Source: Eledone cirrhosa (Eukaryota). Taken from it: 64,000 nt of DNA. Below, piece by piece: positions 53,925 to 64,000 of this stretch. The notes beneath the pieces were generated by a model. That model was given only the letters and a program-made list of their open reading frames with translations, searched no databases and was not told where the DNA came from. How positions within the stretch are numbered: position 1 is the first letter of the stretch; the number at the start of each line of letters is the position of its first letter. Location of the stretch: NCBI GenBank assembly GCA_964016885.1, contig OZ024740.1, positions 334,986,001 to 335,050,000 of the forward strand, read 5' to 3'. The translations under genes were made by a program, and so were the position numbers.

Positions 53925-53993
53925 TCTAGATTTATTGAGTGGCAAGCTGGAAAGTAGCTGGAGCTTAGTGATTACGAAACGCGCGTCACATAT
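53925..53993 (+). ncRNA. Degenerate hammerhead motif
   Basis: Intact GAAAC-gcgc-GTC (53976-53987) and helix II (aagct/agctt), but the first core segment has decayed to ttattga. Confidence 0.35.
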
Positions 53994-54361
53994 CAAGAAA
54001 ATATGTATGAGTTGCAAAATTGATACTTCGCTGCAATTCCCCCCCCCTCTCTCTCTCTGACAATATCCTTGTGGTTGTGTTTACAAAATCATATATATAT
54101 ATATATATATAATTACATTTAAATCTCCTGAAAGTAACATTAACATCCGTCAATCTGTTCAGATGATACGGCTGTTTTCACTAATTATATATCACACTAT
54201 GTATGAATGGTCCCGTAACTCCAAGAGTCGTAGGGGTGCCGTATTGAGTTACGGCATTTCCTGGACATGTTAAGCCAGGCGGAGCCCATTCCTTCTCCTA
54301 GCCTGTGTACAGTGGATTTCTTCCAGAGAGAGGAAGAATCGACCCCAGTACTAGACTGGTA

Positions 54362-54447
<86 letters not shown>

Positions 54448-54918
54448 AATGAGTGACTTATATACATATATGCATAAATAACCACACCAATTTCTCTGTA
54501 TAATTTTTGGTGTAGTAAATGGCGATGCTGTTATGTTGTTAATTCGTAATTTGTGAATAATTTTGAATGACGTCATATTTAAAGTCTATTGGAGATGTTG
54601 TAATGATTAACCTTGCTAAATGAACTGAACATACCATATTTCATAGAGATCGTCTATTCGTTGAAGCATTATACCATTTAATCCACTATGAATGCTATAA
54701 TTTAAACGTGCCAACAAGAGTACTTTAACATGAATGGGGCTTGGATAGTGTTGTCTATATCTGATAAATAACCCAAGATATTAATACTGCGAAATTCTGC
54801 CACATAATATTTTTCCATTAGTTTTCCGAAAGTTATTTCGTCTTGTATTCTCTCCCCCACACACATACACTCTTCCTTCTCTCACTCTCACTTTTTTTCT
54901 GTTTACATACATACGTAC

Positions 54919-54964
<46 letters not shown>

Positions 54965-55043
54965 TAAAAGGTAAACAGAAATAACAACACAATCGGTACA
55001 GTATTTGGAAGGCATATATTAGGTTAACGATTGGTATAGCAGG

Positions 55044-55081
55044 TTCTTAACGTTTCGGACGCTAGTCCTTCATCAGAAGAA
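55044..55081 (-). ncRNA. Ultra-minimal hammerhead motif (PLE-type)
   Basis: Minus strand: ttctt-CTGATGA-a ggac tagc gtcc-GAAA-cg-TT-aagaa; helix III reduced to the palindrome AACGTT. Confidence 0.65.
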
Positions 55082-55596
55082 AGAATGAGAAATAAAATAG
55101 ATTGAGGGGACAGGCGGGATGCAATTGGAAAAAATGCCTTTAGATAAAAATAACAGCTCCATTCATGTTGACATCTCTTGCAAATGCAAATCGATGATCC
55201 AAGGGCTTCTGCATCATGCTGAAGAAATCCATCCCTGTTTGAACTCAGCCGCTTTCTACCTTTACGTAAATGGGACCATATATATATATGTGTTTACAGA
55301 CTCGAACATTTAGAAACACATAGTCACAAATCTAGATGTGGACGACTTGAGTCTTATCATAACGTCGCGGTACTGTTAACCTGAATAGCAACATGCTTTG
55401 GTAGAATCCTGTGCGTCTCAGCAGCACTATCCAGTCACGCACTGCTCACCCATAACACAAGGGAATGGCCTAGAAAATGTGACATAAGCAAAGCCTGTTC
55501 AATCATCAAACAAACCCGATACTTGCAATTGGGGCGATTGATAGTAACAGTGACTTCGTTGAAACAGATGTCCGTCTTCTGAAAAGAACTGGCAGT

Positions 55597-55655
<59 letters not shown>

Positions 55656-57119
55656 TGTACAATTCCTTCTTTCTCACATCATTAATTCTACACGGAGAAA
55701 TAAAACTCGGATGCATGGAAATTTATTAACTATAAAATCGAAAACTTACTTAACCTTTTATATTCACAATTTTAGTGAAGTTTCAAAGATAAGGATGCCG
55801 TAAATCAGCAGTTCAAGTGAGTTGATTTAGATATCTTTATTCATCGCTGCCGCTCTTGATGAGGCCAGTGTAACCATTGCTCTTCATATCAGTGAATATT
55901 ATGGTAATGTTTTATTACCTATCAGAAATTGTGTATTGCCGTAAAGAAATAGGGCATTCGATGAATTTAAACGAAAGTTTGTGAATTATTTCATGTATCT
56001 TTTCATAAATATATTCGAATAGTAGTTTCCTTTTCTCTTCGGATTTATTCGACATTTATTCCGACTCTTTGTGTTCGAAGTTCAAGAACGGCCGCAATCA
56101 TCTTTGCCTCGCATCCTGTCGGTGTATTAGATCTGTGCGATGGATTGGCAGAATTGTTAGAGTCGTATGTGTTCCTCCTCTTTGCGTATTGTTTATAAAT
56201 TACACTGGGGTTTATTTTGCTGGTAGACTTTATCCAAGATCCTTGGTTGTTTTGTTTTTTTTTGTTTGTTTTTTTGTGGTGTGCATTATTTTGTTTCTTG
56301 TTCGAGTATACGTTTCTTCTGCCATCTCCCTAGTATCGGAGCTCTAGTAAACGGGTCATTGGCCAAACCTATCTTCCTTGACATACCATTTGATAAAGAA
56401 ATATGGCGTTGGATATCAGATGTCTCATTAGGTGCAACGGAATTAACCTTATATTTAATCTTCTAGGTTTAATAACCTTTAATGTTATTTATCACTTAAA
56501 GGTGATAAGTGACATTAAAGTTTATAATTTGATTAAATCAACAATATAATCTTTCTTCCGAGAAATACATAATTTGTAAATAGAAATTGCTTCAGTGGAA
56601 CATTAAAGCTCTCGTGTTAACCTATTGTTTCTATCCTGTTAAGAACTGTTGCAATATAACTAAAGTAACTACTTCCATGAGATTCTTTCATATAATAGTA
56701 CCCCATATATATTGAAAATTAAGACATGTGATTATGATCAAAATCATTATGAATGTTAAGCCATTGATTTCAAAATCATTAGAGCAACAGATATAAGCAT
56801 TCACTTATTCTGATAATAATCCCAGCGGTCGTTGACTTTAGATTTCATCTATGTAGGTTCGATAGCATAAGATCAAGCACTTAAATCGATTTACACCATT
56901 ATAACAGTTACTCCTTCTAAAATCACAACTTCTTTATACAAAATGGAATATGTAGACTGATCGCGTTTATCATGTATGTCACTTTATGTTCTGAGTTCAT
57001 ATCCTGATATGGTTAACTTCGCATTCAATAATTAGATACAAGACTTTTCAAGAACGTTTTGGAGCGATTTTATCTATATGTCATTCTCTTCGCGATTGTA
57101 GATTTTATCATAAATTAAG

Positions 57120-57310
57120 ACTTAAGGTAGTGGCTTAGCAGAATCATTAGAATATGGGACAAAATGTTTTGCGTTATTTGTACAGTATTTTGATAATCTG
57201 AGGTCAAATATTTCATAGCTTACATTTGCCTTTCTTCTTTCTGGAGTCGATGAAACAAGGTAAGACTTAAGCATTTGTATCGGTGTATATGCCAAAACCT
57301 CCCACCCCTC
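57120..57310 (+). mobile_element. Old diverged SINE copy (similar remnants at about 56985-57030 and 63835-63920)
   Basis: ttagcagaatcattaga...ctgaggtcaaat...tttgcctttcttctttctggagtcgatgaaacaagg. Confidence 0.5.
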
Positions 57311-60300
57311 AAAAAACATAATAAATTTGCTGTCTTTATGTTTAAAATTGAAATCATAATTAGTATTATTAATAATAACTGCAGTAACAGCACCATCTAT
57401 GGATTACATATTGTAGTGGAAGCACAGTGTCGAGTGAGACTTCTCTGCTTGTGTTTTAAAGAAGATACTAGAGCAATTCCATTTGTCTCCTTTGTTGATA
57501 TTATGTCTGTTTGAAGCTATCTTCTCTCATTTGTCCTTTAAAATAAGTCATTTGAATCGTAATTACTTCCTCTTTCTGATATAAAATTTGAATATTTCTT
57601 CTCCACGACTAATTTATTTTCTACATTTGTCAATGTACGTAGCAAATAGCACAGACTTGCTTCGGGTATCTTATTGAGGATATTCCGATGAGAATTGAAA
57701 CTGTCAATATAGCAAAGCCAATCTAATTCCTTATATGAATAATTAATCAGGTTATACGGTGTATAAGATAAGGAAATGTATTCTAGTCTGCGTTGTGAGA
57801 CTGTTAGAGAAACGGGCCGGTCTTCAGCAGAAGGAAGAAAAATCGATCTTGCCAGAATTCCTGGTGCCTAATGCAATGATACTTTTAAAGATGACTCATG
57901 AATGTAGTATATGAAACTTTCAACTCGTTTAAACAAAGAAAAGCAAGATCTCTTACAACTAGAGAGATTCATTGGAATGCGGTCATAAGATATCAATATA
58001 TGTTCCAATTACAAAAGTTTGAGGTTTGGATATAAATATAACATTCTAAAAGCTAAATACATTAAAACAGAAAATTCATCGAAAATGGTACAATATGTAC
58101 TTTAGGATAGGAATTAATGCGAAGTTACTCATTAAATGAAAATAAAGAAATATTATTAAATTATTCCGTCCATTTTCTGGAGAATTAGAACCAAGTTAAC
58201 TGACTGTTTAAGGAATGTATTATTAGGTGAATATTGGCTATTCTTGCAAGAAATTAAATGTAATGTAATATTTGAATGTATCATATTTTCATAATATAAA
58301 CATTATATACGATGTAAAACATGCGGGTCATAGAAGGTACAATATTGATTTCTTACATAGGATAAGGCTACGTATTTTATGGAAAAGTCATGTCTTTTAG
58401 ATTATCTTTATAACTTAATTGGTATTTATCTTAACAGTATCGCAGACGAATAACCACCAAAGGCGACCAGAGTTGCCTTTGAAGTCAAAATACAAAGAAA
58501 TGGCACCTTTTCCTTTGTTTTACCGATTGAGCCGAGCACTGCTCTTTAATGCTTTGCCCCACAGAGGAAGTTATATCATTGTTATTGTTTGTATTCCAAA
58601 TAGAATTTGCTCACGGGACAATTTATTTCATTCTGATTCTGAGTTTAGTGAGTCAAGATAAAGGCTTCATGTGTGCTATCATATTTCACTAGGCTGCCAC
58701 AGTACACACATATTAGGCCAGATATTCTATTCTTCTTCTTATTATTATTATTATTATTATTTAACCAGCGTTTGGTATAAATTGATAGGAATCGATCAAA
58801 CCATTAATAAAAGTAATTTCATTCGTGACCATCACATATTTTCATACATTTAGAACAGGATTAATAAACTTAACATGTTTTTTTCTATCTGATTCTGTAG
58901 TGATGTTGTGAATATTTTAGTGCTATTTCTTGCAAGATAAATGAGGATGTAGTGGTTCTCTGTTTTCTCACCACGCCAAACAGTCTAGTGAATCGATTGG
59001 ACTATTTCTGTCACTTTTTCAACTATCCGAAATGCAACGATAAACAAAGTCACTCCTGGTAGTACTCTAGCAAGGAAATTATTATTAGCAAAACAATTAT
59101 TATGATGCAGTCATAACATTCTGATCTCTTGATTTTAATGAACTCCATTCACCCTTACACATGTCAAATACCGCATTTTCTCCGATGATGGGATCTAAGG
59201 GATTAATTTATTTGGATGACCTTCCTCGTGTTTATAATAGCTAGTTGAATGGGATGATGTGCAAAGTCTTTTGCAACGGGTTTTGATTTCAGGACGTATA
59301 CAGTGGTAATTCACCTCTGTTATATAGATCGAACGGCATACTAACTTTTTTTTTTCACTTGTAGTTCTGCCAAACATAATATAACTCGCAGGAATGATGT
59401 GCAACATAAGGAAATTGATGATTCCATAATGCACTTCAGATTTTAATAAGTATCTTATTAGATTTAATTTGGAATTATATTTCAATGTCACGTAAAACAT
59501 ATAGATGATTTAATATGAAGTAATTTTGTGAAAAAAAGAAAACATATTCCATTTTAACAAGGATTAAAGTATTTTGAGAGAATTTTAAATTAGTGATTTG
59601 CTTTCTATTTAATCCGTGTGCATATGTTGATTTAAATGTTGCAAATAAAGTATATTATAGGAAATATTTTAAGCGATTCGCTATTTACATATGGCGACGA
59701 ATTTGTGAGGAGTTAGTTGAATTAGAAATTCACGCAAGCAATTCTGAGCGTGAGGATTCAAATAACTGGCTCTTAAACTTATCCTGTAAAATGTTTATGA
59801 TCTAATCTGTAATTTTCTGGTAATCAGAATATTGCATCTGCATAAAGATTTAATCTGAAACTTTAAAGCTATCATTTTATTGTAGTTAATGCCTTCTAGT
59901 AGGTGCAATTTTCTAAATTACCATTTCTCTATTCAAATTCTACCAGATCTCTATGGTATATTTAATTCTTCCATTGTTTTTTTTTTATTATACGAATATT
60001 TTTTTTAATTATACGAATAGTTATAACCAATCTACAATCTCATACGTATATGAGGGATAAGTAGATGTTCAGTGAATCTTACATTAGGAATACTTCATGT
60101 TCATGTATTAGATATAGGGCGTACCTATTGTTAAGAAACTAAACAACATATTAGTTGCTTCCATCTTAAGTGACGACATCACCTTTTCCACCTTTCAATA
60201 CATTGGGGAGGAAGGCGACGTCAAAAGCTCTATATTCTTCACGACAAGTAAGCGTTATCTATCTTTATATTCATGCCGACATATTATTACCGAAACAGAC

Positions 60301-61278
60301 CACCATTAGCTTCCTTAGTTTCCGGATTTTACCTTAGCGGTATTTAGTCTCATTCAAGCCAACTTTATACAAATATAGACATTTAGTTTCTTTTAATACA
60401 GAAATGTGTATCTTCCACTCAGCACACGCCATATTATGATAACCCAATTAGTCTGATAATAAAATTAATGATATCTGCAATTTGATTTGATTACTTGTGG
60501 CTGATCCCCCATATATCAGTGTCAATAGCCACCTTGAATAAGGTAATTCGTCTGAATCATCAGTTCCGAAATTTGCTTATAATTGTGATGAACTTGTAAC
60601 ATAACAATGTACAATATATTCATATACTCAATACATATCGATATATAAGTTATGTCGAATGCAGTATCATGCAGATTCCTCTCATAGTTATGGTGACCGT
60701 TTTTCATTCCAAATAGATTATATTATTTTTAAATACAAATTTGTGTATTTAAGAGGGCATTTCGTTTTACAACCAAAAATAATTTGCTAGCTGAATAGTT
60801 ATTCATATCATACAGGAGTAGCGAGGTGAATTTATATTTTTGTTATTTAATGCTGTTACTTGTGTCGAATAATAATAATAATGTTCCAGCCTCAATGAAT
60901 TGATACTGAATTCTTTTTTAAACTGGCTTATACCTATTTTATGTCTATATGAAATGCGATAATCGATGAATGTCGATAATGCAGCTCATAAATCTAATTT
61001 TACTTCAAAGCAATTATATGTTTATGATGTTGATATGTTATAATCTAAATAGATAAATAAGAAAATATATGAATGAATTTACCATTTAGAATATATCTAC
61101 CAACAATGATATGATATGAAAGAGAGTACCTCTAAAATACTGCAGTATATTAAAATGCAGGACACATATATATTTATTCACTCAATGTTCTCTATGTAAA
61201 TATGAACTTCAGCATTTAAAGTACCAACCTTTTTATAAATATAAACTAAGTTTCATTCAACCACTCTCTCTCTGTCTC

Positions 61279-61319
<41 letters not shown>

Positions 61320-61884
61320 CTCACTAAATATATATATATACGTAGAGAGAGAGATGATTAACTAGCGCCAGTTTAATGCGTTTCGATATTATATATACAT
61401 CAAGTATTCCTGTAGCTCCGGTTAGATAAACCTCTCAGACAGAAGGAACCATTATGTTTCGAAAATTCAAATATCCACCCCCACCCCCACCTAATTTGAC
61501 GAGAAAACAAAAACGAAATTGATATACCAAAGTCTCAGAACTCACAAATGTACACATACACACACACACACACGCACATACACACACACATACATACACA
61601 GACACACACACACATACACATATACAAACACATCAGCATTGCATGCTATACAACAAACGCTAAACCTGTCGAATTCCTATCTGCTTGTTAAGAAAGTAAT
61701 CAGTTGAGTGAAAGCTATCAAGCGAGGATTGGAAATTTTACGATGCGGATGAGGAATTAGGAAATAAATTGTCAAACATGAGAAAAAAAAAATGTTCGAA
61801 GGATAAAAGGGAAAAAAATGGAGAATTGAGCAGAAAGTAGAAATTTAGTTCAGATGTTTTTAATTTGAGAACGAAATGGGGTGT

Positions 61885-61943
61885 ACAACAACAACGTCAA
61901 TGACAATAATAATAAAAACAACAACAACAACAAAAACAACAAC

Positions 61944-61999
<56 letters not shown>

Positions 62000-62377
62000 T
62001 AATAATGATAACATAGATAAAAATGTATAATGAAGAAAAGTGAGAAGAATAAGAAGATTAGAACTAAGTATAAAAATATGAGAGCAAAGAAGCAAATGGA
62101 TGTTTATAACGGAAAGCGAAAAATATAGTAAATAAAAAAAATGCAAGTTGTAAATATGATGTGGCATAACCTTATCATTGGCAAGCAATATAGCTGCGAG
62201 TGAACACCACATAATAATATGACAGCCACGTACATGAGCAATAGTTGATCATTGAAAATCAACGAAAATTGAGAATTTCATACTACACTTGGTAAATTTG
62301 ATATGATACATCAACCATCATTGGCTCTAGAGAAATTATAGTCTTTCTTTCTCTCTTTTCCTACAACAGCGTTTTTT

Positions 62378-62446
<69 letters not shown>

Positions 62447-62465
62447 CAGTAGTAGTAGTAGTAGT
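61885..62465. repeat. (AAC/AAT)n tract (61885-62012) and (TAG)n tract (62378-62465)
   Basis: Seen directly. Confidence 0.95.
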
Positions 62466-64000
62466 GTTGGTGGTGATGGTGTTTGACATATATGACTTTT
62501 GGTTTACTCAGCAAGAAAATAAGATTGCCCATACGTATGTAGACACTAGGCTTCGTATACATCGCACAAAAATAATAGTCGTTAATCCATGCCTTCGGGA
62601 AAATGCACTTACATATAGCTATATACATATATACAGAGAGAGAGCGAGATAGAGAGGGATGGGTAGAGGAAAAGGAAATACAGACGCAGAAAGAGAGAAG
62701 GAGAGACAACCATAGCTACGTGTACACCGATAGAACGGTGTGTCGACTTGGATTCCTTTAGATCAAAGAGATGTCTTAGCCGTCCTTCAGAGATTAAGTA
62801 ATAAGTACCAGATTGAAATATACGTAAGGATGTGGATATGATCAACGAAATAACTTAAACGTGATGATCATACATCGTCGCATTCTATTTGTTGAAACCA
62901 TTGGAATTACAATCGAGGCAAAAGAAGAAAACATCCCCTTGATCGATACAAATTCTGTACCAATCTGATGCATTTATTGTTATTTGTTGTAGTTGTTATT
63001 AAACCTGAATTTAGTAAATGATTGAAAAGACTTCTGACCCCAAAAAGTAACACATTTTTTGTTAGATAAATGTATCCATGTCTATAATATCCAGTGTGTC
63101 CTTTCTGTGTCATGTTCCATTTAATGAGGTTTGGGATACTATTTCAATACGTATGATTGACTAAGTTGAATTAATGTTACTGGATCAATGGACAATATTC
63201 TTTCACTAATATAAGTGTGCGATGACATTCATTAAGTAAGGTAAATTATTGAAAATCTCTGAAAAGAAAATCTAAGAGCGTATGTAAGTTTATAGGGCAT
63301 TCTGGTTGCTTTATAAAATGCTAATTGACATCATGAGGTTTTCTTAAAACTATCAACCCTTCAAAATATTGTATGATTGTCATTCAGATTTGATTCACAT
63401 TACATAAAATTGCAGAGCATCCAATGAAACGTATATTCAACACACCCTATCAAATATATGAATATTTGCAGAATTCAGTGACCTACTGGGACTTGTTCAC
63501 TTAAGGTAAGTTTCATCTTAATTATTTTGTGAGAATAACTAAAACATAGGCTTGTTTGATCCCCTCGTATGTTCTTCATCACTGCTTCTTGTATATTTCT
63601 TCTTCTTTTGTTTACGTTTAAATTCTGTCTTCGGTTTTAATAAGCAACACTACTTCTTCTTTTACTCATTCTTGTTTTCGTTTCTCCCCCTCTCCTCTTT
63701 TTTCAAATAAACGCCCAAATCGTACTCTTCTTGCTCGCACACCACTAATTAGTACCTTATAGTATTGTCTCTGGTTTGGTGTATCAACACAATTGTTATA
63801 GCATCCCATAAGATTACTTGTGACGTGTGTTCCAGCTCTTAGCATTCTGAGTTCAAATTCCATTGCAATCATCTATGTCGTTCGTTCTTCTGGGCTTTAT
63901 AAACCAAAGTAACATAATTGATTTATCCGAATAAACCTTTGTTCATTTGCTACAAAAGGTTATTATTTTTTTCTCCGCCAATAAGAAGAAATATAAAAGA

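Noticed and set aside
58425-58480. Minus-strand SGRLWWLF, superficially like the iGluR M3 lead-in SGRIVGGVWWFF
   Set aside because: The spacing is wrong and no SYTANLAAF follows.

Overview
This is AT-rich, microsatellite-dense animal DNA, most likely from a coleoid cephalopod (inferred from Nin/Deu-type tRNA-derived SINEs, TA/TG repeat density and the repeat mix). The only host coding sequence I can support is one 245-nt minus-strand exon (17594-17838) of an AMPA-like ionotropic glutamate receptor (S2 ligand-binding lobe), so most or all of the window is probably its very large introns. The rest is mobile DNA: several decayed Penelope-like retroelements (PLEs, three copies Hydra-clade-like), RTE, CRE-like, R4/Dong-like and Tx1-like LINE remnants, many SINEs and a hAT MITE end. 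The main hidden pattern is a set of at least 8 distinct short to long fold-back (inverted-repeat) insertions sitting in (TA)n runs. Most carry minimal type-I hammerhead ribozyme (HHR) motifs, or their 3' half, with palindromic loop 3. Several have non-canonical cores: a compensated U3-A8 pair in two unrelated families, U4->A in one family, and a recurrent U.U mismatch at the base of helix II. All ribozyme calls come from manual folding, none has been tested, and coordinates of decayed repeats are approximate.
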